DNA of 62,962 bases, filler included, from Collodictyon triciliatum (taxonomy: Eukaryota): assembly GCA_043381765.1 (NCBI GenBank). It is 10 parts of 10 records of this genome, joined end to end, with 100 filler letters (N's around TTAATTAATTAA, not from the genome) between each part and the next. Parts side by side here need not be neighbours in the genome. Positions count along the whole stretch, not along the records: positions 13,558 to 20,235 come from JBHJMP010004314.1; positions 20,336 to 27,012 come from JBHJMP010004315.1; positions 27,113 to 33,788 come from JBHJMP010004316.1; 7 more parts are not named here. The stretch is one strand, 5' to 3'. Of this stretch, positions 17,425-30,900 are shown piece by piece. The notes under the pieces were generated by a model that had not been told where the DNA came from, searched no databases, and saw only the letters and a list, made by a program, of their open reading frames with translations. The translations under genes and the position numbers were made by a program. Position 1 is the first letter of the stretch, and each line of letters opens with the position of its first letter.

Positions 17425-19073
17425 ACTGCAACACTTTTGGCAACCTAGTCGATCAATCAACAACAACAACAACAATAACAACAACGAAAAAAAAAATGGA
17501 AAGGAAGAAAAAAGGGAATCAAGAATCAAAAATCTCGATTATCCGACCTTCTCGTTGCCTTTTCATTCCCTTTTCCTGATTGCATCCCATTCACATGGCT
17601 ATGATTATCACGACAGGGTCGAAGCCGCCGCGGCACATTTGCCTAGCCATAGTATCGTTTGGTATCACAATACTCTACCGCTCCTTCGGGACACCCAAAA
17701 AGAAAGGATTAACTCACCCACCAGAAACACAAGAACCCCACAAGGCGGTGAGACAAACCGCCTGTTCAATAGAATAAACCATCACTTATTCTGCTGAAGA
17801 ATCTTTCTCGAGTGACTTATGCTTTTCTTTTCTGTTTTTTTGTAGAAAAAAAAACTCCCAACTCCCCTTTATCAGAGGTTACGCACCATTTAAGCCTTGG
17901 ATGTCACAACTTGGTTGATTCAGGGGTTTTCTTTATGTCTGTGCGGCCATCATAGGCTCATCAATCAATGCCATTACGACACATTCTGACGTGTTTGTGA
18001 CCTTTGGCGACGTGGGCGTGATTTTGTGTGATGCAATCGGGTTGGTCATAACTTTCTTGGAATAGGGCGCTTCGGGATATGCGTCTCTTTAGGTCAAAGT
18101 TCTTCCCTACCAGTTTTCCTTTGTAGAGCAATTTCACTGAACGATGTGTTAAAAAAATCCTATTCGTCAAAAGAGTCTGCGAAACATGAGTGTAACGTTT
18201 AAAAAAACGCGTTTCATAAGTAAAATTGCAACTTAGCGCATGTCCAATAATGGAAAAACAGATGACAAATGTATAAGTTATTACATCATATAAATCTAAT
18301 CGTTTTCTATTAATGGAAAATCCCTTAGAGTTTTTTTCTTGTTTTTTTTTTTAATTGATTAATTCAATGCGCCATTGCAGCAAAAAGGCCAAGTGAATAT
18401 TTTTTTGAATGAAAAAAAGGGATTGTATAAGTATCATAGCCATCAAATCCTTCGCCCAAGCGTGAATCTGTTGCCAGTCGCGTTGATCAAGTCGAATAGC
18501 GGAAAAGCAAAGGAATCATCCCCACCATAACACACGCACAATTCGCACCGGGAGTAAAGAAGAACAAGAGGAAAGAGAAAAAGAAAAAAGAGAATAAAGA
18601 AAGAGAAAAAAAAAGAAAAAAGAAAAAAGGAGAGAAAATAGATAAAGAAGAAATAGAGGAGAGAGAGAAAGAAAAAGGAAGGGAAAAGAAAATGTGCTGG
18701 TGAGTTGGACTAGGGTGATGATTTGACTAAACCTCCCTCCTGGGCCGAAGTTTAATATTTTTTTGTTCTTTTTTTTTTAAAAAAAAAAAGATTGATTTAA
18801 CCATGCGGACATACATGAGTGTTGGTATTCAGTGCTTTTGGTCGAACAAGTTTTCCAATAAGAGTGAAAGGCTATTGGAGCCAAAGGGGAAGAACAGAGT
18901 CAAACTACATACAGGCTTTGTTTAAGGAAGCCTCGAACGTTTCCTTCCTCGCATTCACTGTTATTGTTATTTATTTTATATAAAAAAACTAGAAACTTTC
19001 TTCAGCTTTAGAGAAAACCAGTCAATTGTGAAATGCTTGAATTGCTAAATAGACAATTTTCTGAACAGGTAAC

Positions 19074-20031
19074 ATGTCGCAGAGTGTCATTATGAATGAG
19101 CCCCGCGGCGAAGCTGAAAAAGCGTTTGTTTCACTCACAATTTCAATTATTTTGGGTGGTATTTACTTTTATTTTATTTTATTTTTTATTTTTATTAAAA
19201 AAAAACTTCCCATCTATTCTATATTTCTGAAGGTAGTATACGGTGGTTTTCCCTCCCAACCACTAACACGCGCATGTCCTTTTACTCATTCTACAGTCTG
19301 AGAATCCATATTATGGAATATCTGCGCAAAAGAGGCTTCTCAAGGTCGCACCAGGCTTTCAAGGACGAAGCACAACTGAACGGGGTATGTGACATACGCG
19401 ATAATGATGATGATGATGATGTTTTTTTTTTAATATATGTCATGAAAACATTATGAATTTATAACAATTCCAATATCATATAGAACACATGTCTTTGTTT
19501 AATCTCATCTTTCCGTGTCAATTAGTTTCCAAATGATGCCGATCCACCGAGTGGTTTTCTTCTGGAATGGTGGACTGTCTTTTGGGATATTTACAGCACC
19601 AAACACAACACAGGAGGGTCAAAGGAGGCCGCAATATATACTAAAGTCCTTTATTTATATATTTCCTCTACAATTCTATTGGATTTATTATCTTTTTTAC
19701 AATAAATATGATTTAATATGAAATATTCCTTTATTATTCGTGATTTATTCTACAGTTTCAACACGAAAGAGACAATGCGTTTCTTCGTGATAGAGCAGAT
19801 GAGAAGGGATATCCTCCTGACCAGATCAGATCAACCAGAATCACACTAGCAGAGACTGAAGTATTATTTAATATTATTGTTTTTATTTATGTGTTTAACG
19901 AGTTTTTTCATTTATGAATCAATGGCGGAACATACACACGCTGTAATAAAATCAATACCCTAACTGTTAATAGAATATTGTTGTTCAACCGAAGGGTTCT
20001 CAATTGGCAGTAAAGCCAAAAATACAAAAAG
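19074..20031 (+). CDS. LisH/LUFS-domain protein (LEUNIG/Flo8/SSDP-type N-terminus), 3' partial
   Basis: Spliced: AEKR|LRIHIMEYLRKRGFSRSHQAFKDEAQLNG|FPNDADPPSGFLLEWWTVFWDIYST, matching the LUFS motif GFL.EWW..FWD. Confidence 0.85.
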
Positions 20032-20137
20032 GTATGCTTTTCTTTCTGGTATAAGAGTGAAAAATTAAGTATCAAAAAGGTGAATTCGAATTAAGAAAAA
20101 ATTAAATATAAAAAAGTTGAATTATATTCAGATGGAA

Positions 20138-20235
<98 letters not shown>

Positions 20236-20335
20236 NNNNNNNNNNNNNNNNNNNNNNNNNNNNNNNNNNNNNNNNNNNNTTAATTAATTAANNNNNNNNN
20301 NNNNNNNNNNNNNNNNNNNNNNNNNNNNNNNNNNN

Positions 20336-20435
<100 letters not shown>

Positions 20436-20546
20436 AAATAATAAGACCAAACACTTTCTTGGCAATTCGATTAATAGGCAGTAAAAAAAAGGAGAAAAGT
20501 ATTTCGATAGATTTTATTAGAAATTATAAAGAGCTATCTGAAATAC

Positions 20547-22239
20547 CGTCCGTGATAGAACTGTCGAGTTTGGCCAGTCTCATAAACAGGACAGACTTTT
20601 CCATGAACCTACGATGTTTAAAACAAAAAGGAATGGACTCCATCACACGCCTGCAGAAAATGATGAAACGTGTATTTCTTTGAAAGAATTATGAAATAAA
20701 AATATAGCCATACTTTCCTATATGCGACTTGAAGTGCCATTTGCATATATGCATCGGGGCTAAGGTGAGATAAAGAAAAAAAAGAAAAAAAGTGCATATT
20801 GCCCCATTTAATCTACTAGCCATTGCATACCGATTTAAGGACATGATTTCTTAATACTTGACCAAAATGCGTACCTGATTTTGAACACATCCTTGATTCT
20901 ATCACTTCCGTATTCTTGAAATCGATAGAATCGTAGCTGCAAGTCATCACTGAACTTGTTCCAAGCAGTTAATGCTTGGTTTTTAATTTTTGTGATTATC
21001 TTGCGGTCATTATTAGAGCTCTTTAAAGCTTTTCACGATTTTTGAATATAAGAAAAAATTGTCTATGCTTTGAGAACTGCGGGTTATTGAAGATAATTAC
21101 AGTCTTGAAGAGCGCTGATAATATCAGAGTTCACAAAAAAATGAAGCTCTTCAGGTTTGGGTACCGCGACAGATGATTGAAGCGTAGTATCATAAGGATC
21201 AATATCTAATCATCGAAAACCATAAATCAATAAACCTGATCGCATGAAACACACAGCACCTGCTGGCAAGTTATTACAGCTAGGAACTGATTTACCTAAT
21301 GGCTAATAATTTTCATATTATGAAACCAAACGATTTAATACCGTCATTATGAAGTGGGCGAACTCGACCAGATAGATAGTCAGCAATCCTGGCCATGGCG
21401 ATTCCGTCTGATAAAGATTACAATGCGAAATTTAGATTGCTATCTTTTCTGTGATGCTCTAAAAAATTTTCTGATTTGATGTTGAATTGAACTGCAACCA
21501 AACAATGTCCCGTTCAATTATCTAAACATGAACATTGCACTAATGAATCATCTGAGATAACCTGCAGGAGAGTGCTCTCCATTCATCCCGCATCGCCCAT
21601 TTTTGAAAATGATGACTTGGAAAATCTTGTCAAACCATCGATTACTTGGGTGTCTCCTTTAGCATTTATTCGTTTATTTTGCTTCTGTTTAGGCGAATAA
21701 AAATTTCGAAAATGCAGAAATGGAAAACGATGAATTTGCTCGGACAGTCTATCTGCCTCATTACCCACCCAGCTAATAGACTCCAAGCGGTCTCTGCATC
21801 ACCACAAGGACTTTCATCATCCAAAACAAAGATGCAAAGAGACCGGGCAATCGTATCTGTGACAATTAAACTGCATTAGAATTAAAAGTCATGTACAAAG
21901 GTGGTGACAACTCAGATATTACTATGGCCATGTATCTAAAAATCAAACCAAGTAAGATGCGATTGGAAGGATGCAGATCAATAAGTTTCTTTCGTTGATT
22001 ACTCCAGACATGTCGGTCTCCAGAGGTGAACCCTCCGGGGGAATAGTGGATCGGCGCTTGAGATTCACTAGGTTTTAAAAGAAAAAGAGAAGCAGATATG
22101 TATGGCATTATCAGATTTTGCACTAAAGTCTAGTTGCCTTTCTAGAGAAATATCACAGTGTGTTGAACGCATGTCTAAAATTTACCATATGTTGAGAATG
22201 GAGTCAAACGCAGCCTCAAAATCAGAAGACTTATGATCA
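20547..22239 (-). CDS. Carnitine/choline O-acyltransferase, internal exons (CROT-like)
   Basis: Spliced minus strand: FVLDDESP...[30 protein letters not shown] (catalytic His), [29 protein letters not shown]. Both ends are missing (N gap and contig end). Confidence 0.88.
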
Positions 22240-22922
22240 CTGTATTTAAAATTAATGATGGCATTTATCAACAAGAAAAAAAAAGTTATCATAATTATGA
22301 TAATAAAACAATACCAACTTATTAAATAAATAAAAACGAGCACGAAATATCTTTTCTTTTTTCTTTCCTTTTGTTTATACTTGATATTNNNNNNNNNNNN
22401 NNNNNNNNNNNNNNNNNNNNNNNNNNNNNNNNNNNNNNNNNNNNNNNNNNNNNNNNNNNNNNNNNNNNNNNNNNNNNNNNNNNNNNNNNNNNNNNNNNNN
22501 NNNNNNNNNNNNNNNNNNNNNNNNNNNNNNNNNNNNNNNNNNNNNNNNNNNNNNNNNNNNNNNNNNNNNNNNNNNNNNNNNNNNNNNNNNNNNNNNNNNN
22601 NNNNNNNNNNNNNNNNNNNNNNNNNNNNNNNNNNNNNNNNNNNNNNNNNNNNNNNNNNNNNNNNNNNNNNNNNNNNNNNNNNNNNNNNNNNNNNNNNNNN
22701 NNNNNNNNNNNNNNNNNNNNNNNNNNNNNNNNNNNNNNNNNNNNNNNNNNNNNNNNNNNNNNNNNNNNNNNNNNNNNNNNNNNNNNNNNNNNNNNNNNNN
22801 NNNNNNNNNNNNNNNNNNNNNNNNNNNNNNNNNNNNNNNNNNNNNNNNNNNNNNNNNNNNNNNNNNNNNNNNNNNNNNNNNNNNNNNNNNNNNNNNNNNN
22901 NNNNNNNNNNNNNNNNNNNNNN

Positions 22923-22969
<47 letters not shown>

Positions 22970-22976
22970 GATATTA

Positions 22977-25900
22977 CTTTCGTTCCTACAGTCACCACAG
23001 TAAAAAAGAATTTCACTAGGAAAGCCAGTGTCAGTCCCCCAAGAGTTTTCCATACAGCCCCATGTCTTATTTTTGAATGAATCGTATTTTGCGAATTAAA
23101 AAAATTATATATGTTAGGACAGAGTAAAATTTGGAAATTTGGGGCTACAAACATTACCTGCATATAAAGTATAGCTCATCATATTGAAATGACCCTTCGC
23201 AATCAGAAAAAAGCTTTCCAATAAGTTCAGCCGAATTCATTCTTTGATAAAGTGTGCAATGTTTATTATTGGAAACGGTTAAAAAATCAAGGTATGTTTG
23301 ATTAAATTAATCTATGATCTTTTGTCAACAGTTTTTTTTATAACGAGGGGTAAGCTAAAGCTCATAGATTATGTGTAAGATGGCGTGCCTGAGGAAAGGA
23401 GAATAGTAGCATACTAGCGAGGTAATCGTGATGTTCATCATGACCTCTTGCACTGGGTAATTAGACACAAAGGAAGATTTCCTCATCTGACACACATATA
23501 CATTCAAACGAATGAAAAGAGCTCCAAGAAGACCTTACAAATGGAATAGTGCAAATGAGCATACTTCAGATTTCTTGTTCTAGAATAACCCATCCATAAA
23601 ACTAAATAACTTTTTCAAAATATCGCACAATTTTTATAACAAACCTCCGCATATCCCAAGAAATATGAAAAATGGCATTTCAAACCAAAACCATGGGATT
23701 TGGTAATCAACTTCATATAGCACCATCTTGAATGAATGTGCCGGATTTACATACTAACGTCATTTAGAAGAAGAAAAAATGTCAGACATCCCTCAACATA
23801 ACAACTTAAAAAAATGAAAGTGACATTTTTTTAAGATTTTCAATAGTGTCATAATTTATCGAATAACTATAAGCAAGTATTGTTACTAAAAGGAATTCAG
23901 ATTAATTAGATAAATTTAGGAAGGCATAGTACTCTGCTTGGAAAAAATCACACCCTAATCACGACGGCAGCTGTGCTTGCGCAGAGAAAAGAGCGTAACA
24001 TTGTTTTATTCGGAAAGAAAGAACTAGCTTCCTATATTTATAGTACAAATATGAGGGGAAAATAAGCAGCTAAGTTGTCGATTTTATGAATTAAATTCAT
24101 ATTGACCACAAGGATTTAATAAAGGTTGCGTAATTACACGTTCCAAAAGGACGGATGGAGATTTAAAATATGTAACGGAGAAGGAAAAAGATATGATATT
24201 TCATTTCATTTGATAAAGTAATTGTATTTCTATACTTCGAGACTAAACAAAACTCCTCCAATTGGAGCACTAAATGCAGCAGAAACCCCGGCCGCTGCTG
24301 CTGCAGAGAGAACTTCACGGCGCTTAGCTAGTTTTTTATATATTGATTAACTGTTCAATCAAAAGAAATGATAGAAAATGAAAAGAAATTGGTGTAATTA
24401 TGTCGCGAATGTGGACGTTATTTCTTGAAAAAATGCAGATAAAGATAAAGCATATTGAAAGATATACATAATCGATATTGGTTCAAAAGATAAGGTTATG
24501 TTACCGACAATCACCTTCATTGAGTCTATACTTTCTGAATATCCCAGAAAAAATATGACCGCAACAACATGCAACATGAATCATGGGCCCTTCTTTTCCT
24601 ACATTCAATCCAGACCCTACAGACATTATCTACAATAGGATTAGAGGTGAAACCTCAAGAGTTTGAGGGAAAATTTAAAAAGAGATGAATTTAGCTTCTT
24701 TTTTACATTCAGATTACATAAGCATCTCTATTGTTCAAAAAAAAAAAAAAAACAGCTAGTGACGGAAAAAAGAGAGAATAGGATATACGATTGCGATATA
24801 ATCAAATGATTTTTCTTTGTGAAAAATGTCACTTCTATGAATAATTTAAGATGAAATATGAAAATAAAAATAGAAGTACCAATCCTATGCATTTAATAAG
24901 TAATGTCCATGCGCCTAAGTAGCCTTTCATGATAAACCCGCCGAGTATAACCTTAATTTCAGGTATTCCGCTTCCTGCAGCAGAAGGACAATACAGCTTG
25001 ACGAACCAAGCACTTAAACCAGCTGCGATAGCCTAATGCAGAATAATATGTGAATAAATTTGTACCAAAGACATGAAGAGACGCAGCCAAACAACCAGCT
25101 ATTTACTTAATGATATTATGTATGCACATAAAATTGTTAATATCTGTACACGGGCGATTAATTGTATAAAATACTTCGAAACGGAGAAAATTAAAATGCT
25201 ACATACCGATACTAGAACGAAGAACAAATAGTTGATGTAATCACCAGCGCTGGGAGAAGAAAATATAAGGTCCCCCCAATTCGACCACGATTCACAAGCC
25301 TCCTCTATGGAAGAAAGGGGTTAGCTCGAACTTTCATGCCATGCAATCCAAGCAAGTATATTTTACAGTGCGCCATTGATAGGTCTGTCAGTGTGCATGT
25401 TTTGGTAAGGAAACAGGTTATTGAGATCATACTGAGATGTCTTATTATATTATGTGCTCTGNNNNNNNNNNNNNNNNNNNNNNNNNNNNNNNNNNNNNNN
25501 NNNNNNNNNNNNNNNNNNNNNNNNNNNNNNNNNNNNNNNNNNNNNNNNNNNNNNNNNNNNNNNNNNNNNNNNNNNNNNNNNNNNNNNNNNNNNNNNNNNN
25601 NNNNNNNNNNNNNNNNNNNNNNNNNNNNNNNNNNNNNNNNNNNNNNNNNNNNNNNNNNNNNNNNNNNNNNNNNNNNNNNNNNNNNNNNNNNNNNNNNNNN
25701 NNNNNNNNNNNNNNNNNNNNNNNNNNNNNNNNNNNNNNNNNNNNNNNNNNNNNNNNNNNNNNNNNNNNNNNNNNNNNNNNNNNNNNNNNNNNNNNNNNNN
25801 NNNNNNNNNNNNNNNNNNNNNNNNNNNNNNNNNNNNNNNNNNNNNNNNNNNNNNNNNNNNNNNNNNNNNNNNNNNNNNNNNNNNNNNNNNNNNNNNNNNN

Positions 25901-26880
25901 NNNNNNNNNNNNNNNNNNNNNNNNNNNNNNNNNNNNNNNNNNNNNNNNNNNNNNNNNNNNNNNNNNNNNNNNNNNNNNNNNNNNNNNNNNNNNNNNNNNA
26001 AATCTAAAATACTTAAACAACTAATGGGGTGTCAATTGATCAAGGATGTGGTATACCTGCAAGAAAAACCACAATCCAACCTTGAGATGCATCGCATGCC
26101 TTCCAGACGAACCCGATGTAGCTTTTTTCCCACTGTTCAGTAATAAAATGTAAGAATATTGGTTAATAAGCGCACAAAAACCGTTCGAAATCGAGATACA
26201 TTTTTTCTCTGCAAAAATGTTAAAAAAAAAATCGCATTTGGACATTTCCCGTGATTTTTCATAGTGCAAAAGAAAGAAATTGGGAATTATCCTTATAGTT
26301 CAATCAATAAAATGTAAAATAAGCTGTTCTATAAGAGGGATGTGAGGAAAAAGTGAGACATTGAGGTGAATCAATAACCTGGTCATGCAAAGACCTGACT
26401 CGACTCATATCTTTAGAGCTATCATACATCCAATCTATTAGAGCATAAAAGGATAATTTTATTTTCAATTTACATACGAGTCAAAGTAGAGTGCTTGAAC
26501 CCCTCAATCATTATATTTTACTTGTAAAAATATACAAATGAAAAAAAGAAGTGGACATGAAAAATAATTGATGGAAAACCAATTGTCGGCAAGTCCTTAG
26601 AGATGTGATTGTGTTTAGTGGTCATATTCTGAGTTGTGTTCGGCCATATTCTCGAGCGATGAACCTATTCATAATTTTGGCGATTTCAAAAGAAAACAAG
26701 CGCCTGATTTTTTATGGTAAAAGAAATCAGGAAGCAGTATATAAATATAAAAGGGGGTGGGGAAGAGAATTCGTTCGCTTCAAAACGATGTCAGTGTGAA
26801 TAAATGAATTATAAAATTGTGTGACAGGAGGACTGAACATACAAGGTTGCTTTCATCTTTCCCGCTTTGCCGTGTTTCCT
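22977..26880 (-). CDS. CLC chloride/proton antiporter, CLC-3/4/5 (Gef1)-like, N-terminal ~60%
   Basis: Spliced minus strand: [30 protein letters not shown] (gating Glu), [12 protein letters not shown] (proton Glu), [32 protein letters not shown]. The C-terminal helices and CBS domains are not in the window. Confidence 0.92.
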
Positions 26881-26952
26881 GTTCATGTCAAGTTAAAAAA
26901 ATAAGCAAAGCTAAATAGCAGTATTGTTTGTTTTTTTTTGTTTTTTTTTTTT

Positions 26953-27012
<60 letters not shown>

Positions 27013-27112
27013 NNNNNNNNNNNNNNNNNNNNNNNNNNNNNNNNNNNNNNNNNNNNTTAATTAATTAANNNNNNNNNNNNNNNNNNNNNNNNNNNNNNNN
27101 NNNNNNNNNNNN

Positions 27113-27167
27113 CGCTGAGGGCGGCCAGGAGGACGAGGCCGGCGGCGAGGGAGGAGCGGCGGACCAT
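27113..27167 (-). CDS. 5' start of a probable secreted protein (signal peptide), truncated by contig end
   Basis: ATG at 27167 reads MVRRSSLAAGLVLLAALS with GC-rich codons. TATA-like box about 50 nt upstream. Confidence 0.5.
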
Positions 27168-27215
27168 TCTGTTGGGGTTGGATGTTATACGTTGTGTCTG
27201 GAGAGTGGCTGGGGG

Positions 27216-27222
27216 TTATATA
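27216..27222 (-). promoter_or_regulatory. TATA-box-like element (TATATAA) in GC-rich flanks
   Basis: Minus strand reads ccccacccTATATAAccccc upstream of ATG 27167. Confidence 0.45.
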
Positions 27223-27919
27223 GGGTGGGGTGGGGAGGGAGTTGTCTGCGGCGACTTTTCGGCTTTTCGAATGCGGGTCGCTGATTCTGCCCAACAGGGC
27301 CAATGAGTAGAGGCGGTGGGTGAAAGGTGGTCATTTTCGAAGCCTTCGGTGGGAAGCGTCCATCTGGTTCTACTATACACAGCGGGATTGTACGAGTGGA
27401 TTCTTAAATGTGGCAGAATACATGCGATGCACCAATTCGACTCGGCGAAAAAGCTTCCCATGCACTTTAAATACCATCCCCTCACGCACCGCAAGTTTTT
27501 CTCCTCTTTATATCGGGCACAATGCGGCCTGGGGCTCTTATAAAGTTGCTTGGCGGCGTATTTAATGAGGCGCGTGTCATGTCCGCTATTTTATGCTAAA
27601 ATCAACTAAATATCACTATAGTACGGTATAGCTTAGTTATATTGACTATGATAAACTAAAAGTCACTATATGTCACTCTGTGGGTACTTAGACATACCCA
27701 ACATCCGGATGTGGAAAAGGTCGTTAGTATCTTTTTAATAATTAATTTTAGGTATTGGTGGATTATATAAATGCATAGTAAATATCTAATAAATATTATT
27801 ACAGTTTTTATAGTCATTTAGTTATATAATCCAGATATAGATAAAGACTGGTCTGATGCTTTGCCACAAGTCTGCGCATTTTGTTGGGGGGTTTTTTTTT
27901 TTGTGGGTGGTCTTTTTAA

Positions 27920-30900
27920 TCACTCCACCGGCTCGATGACAGGGAGCGGTATTCTCCAAAAGTTCCACTCATTATACTCTTGAGGAGGCGGGTGCTCCTT
28001 CTCTTCGCTAACAGCGGGGAACATTTCGTTGACGAAATCATTGAGCTTGACATAGCTGTCGTGCAGAGAGGTAAGTGCGCATTACTTGAGCTGCAAAATG
28101 TAGAAAGGTGAATGGTATGACAAACTCTTACGATGATTTAAATGTTCCTCCAGCGACCTCGATTTCTCCTTGGGTGTTAATTGTAAAAATCCTTCCAATG
28201 GGGATGCCAACCGACCGATATGAAACGAAATCCTGGCATTTATTTTATTCTTAGCAGTGTTGGGTTCTTTGTAACAAAATGTTCTTGCATGTGAAAGTTT
28301 TGTATAGTAGAAACTGATTGGGACATTTTGTTCGGGGTCATACCGTGTATCTGTTGCCGAAGCCAGCATAAAATGGATTTGATTCCGTGGGGAAAAGTTG
28401 GCGGATATCGTGAAGGCAAGCAATTTTGAACTCTTCCGGCTTCCTTCGAATTACCTATATAACTTGTTTCAGTCTCAGATTTTTGCGGCTCGATGGTGAT
28501 TGCCTTTTATCAACAGACCTCTCGGGTGAATGACTCAAACAGCCGATCTGGCGATATAATCAGGGGACCTGGAGGAAGCTTTTGCTCTCCTTGCCGCAGG
28601 TTGGAAATATATCCACGAGTAATATCAGCCTATTCATAGATATCTACTTTAGCCAGGTTTCTTTTGATGTTGGCAATAATGATAGAAGTACAAATACAGT
28701 CATTTAGGATGGGAATGATGATATCAAACCTGTCCAACTGCTCGGGAACTCAAGTATATGATTTTATATCCATTTGCCTGAATATTTGTATATAGATTTG
28801 CGACACCGGAGTGTGACCAATTCACTCCAATAAGAGGTAGCAAATGCCCCAGGGCATCCGAACGAGTGATGGTGCCATCAATATCAGAAATAAGAATCTT
28901 GACAGATGGTTTCCACAAATATATTGTGGCCAGAATTTCTTGCTTCCCTTGGAATCGAGACGACACAGAAAATGAAATCTGGTTTGGACCATACCGAAGC
29001 TTCATTTTGTCCTATTCATTAATTAAAAGAAAAGTATCAAAAAAAAAATGCGTATCCCTTTCAAAAAAAAAAATATTCATACAAATAAAAAAATAAAAAT
29101 CAAAGGGTCAGATAAAAAACAAAATCGTGAGCGTGGTAGCGAATGTCAGGGCGATTTCTTTTGCTCAATAAAAAGGTATACGCCAAATCTGATAAATATA
29201 CAAACAAATTGCTCTGTTGATGGACGAAGTCTCTTCGCGACATATTTTGTGAGCATATTAGCAGGAACTTCAGCTGGGTGAAATCATGAACCCGAGTTAG
29301 CAAATTTGTATACATAATCAAATCAAAAGCAGACGCTTACTTTTACCCACGCCGCTCGGAGATGAGGAGGGTGTTGGGCCCTCTGAGCTTTCAGGGGATT
29401 TTGAAGGCAAAGTTAGGTCGTCTTTAGATGCCTGAAGAACAGGGGAAGCAACAAGCGTGGTAGGCGGAAGGGGCGCAATAGATTCTTCATTTTTTTGAAA
29501 TGTATCCGGTAGTTTTTGTGTTGATACAGACTTCGGGGCATCTTTTAATGTCTGCGGAGTGTTCTGGGCTGTAGGAGTAGAGCGTGCTGACTGCGGATGA
29601 AATTAACGATGGATTTGCGTATAAATATTATTATAATTTTATAATGAAAGTTGCAGGTATGTCTTTTATTTTTGGCCTTTTTGAGATATTAAATGATGTA
29701 TCGTGTAGTCAAAATAGTACTGGTCGAAAGAATGAGAACCATCCTTTTTCCTGATTTACCCTTGCTTGTGTAAATTCCTATTTACATACATAAGTTAAAC
29801 CCCTATTTACGTTACCTTACAATATGAAAAATGTTCAAAGTAGATGATCACATATTAATTGGATAGGTAGGCTTGCTAGAATAGCATTTTTTTTTTAAAA
29901 AAAGATAATCAAAGAAAAAAAAGAGAGTTACTATTAACTTCGCTTCGTATCTAATTGAGCTCATATAAGGAATACAATTAACAAAAGCTATTGAAGATTA
30001 GAAAAATCATAGTCATCTAAAATTACATAATTTTCTAGGGTCAAGCGTGTCATCGTCTCGTCATCGAGTGGGTCTCCAAAGACCAACAAAGAAACAAAGT
30101 ACGGAGCGCCAACTCGAGCGGGAACAATCCTGAGTTATTTGACATTTTTATTGTCAAAAATTATATTTCATTTTAGAGAAATTTGAAACATACGATTTAA
30201 TTATTATTTTTTTGTCAAAGATTTCCTTTGCGGTCGATAAATAATCGAAACATAAAATCAGAGGAATTACCTTCCATTAATTCGAAACATAATTTCTCTG
30301 TGAAAAATCATGTTTGGATTAGAATAAAAATCTTCCTTGGGGACCAAATATTCATCAAACTTGGTATTAGCCTCCTATGCATATTTTTAAGTTAAATTAG
30401 AAAAGGACCTTGCACCAAATATATCTTTCCGCGGTTTTTTTTTTATTTCACAAAATTGAACGCCTATTTGTATGGCATAACCTCGCTGCGCTTTGAATCG
30501 AATAAAGGAAAAAAAAATCTCACAAAATTGAAAGGAAGAATAAATAATTGTTTCCGCCAATCTTATTTTCATCCCAAGAATTTTAAAAGTGTCAAACATA
30601 CAAAAGATTTAATGGAGGTATTGTTTCGTATTATTTCGGTCTTTTTCTTTACTATTTGTATAAGCTGAAATATACATCGTTGGGTGTGTCCATATTTACT
30701 ACATGGCCGCAATGAGACATTTCCACAGGAGGGGAGTATTTCCAAGACGGCAAGCTTTGGTATTCTAGAAAAAAAAGTTGAAAGATTTTTTTTATCATCG
30801 ATTAGTTATTCTACTAGGAAACTACAATAACGTCTTTGCCTCGGATAGTAAAATAATCGATACAGATGTCACACTAATTTAAAGATGAAAAAAAACCAAT

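Noticed and set aside
20547-26880. CLC-carnitine acyltransferase fusion gene
   Set aside because: The halves are separated by an N gap and both lack essential parts, so an assembly problem is more likely.
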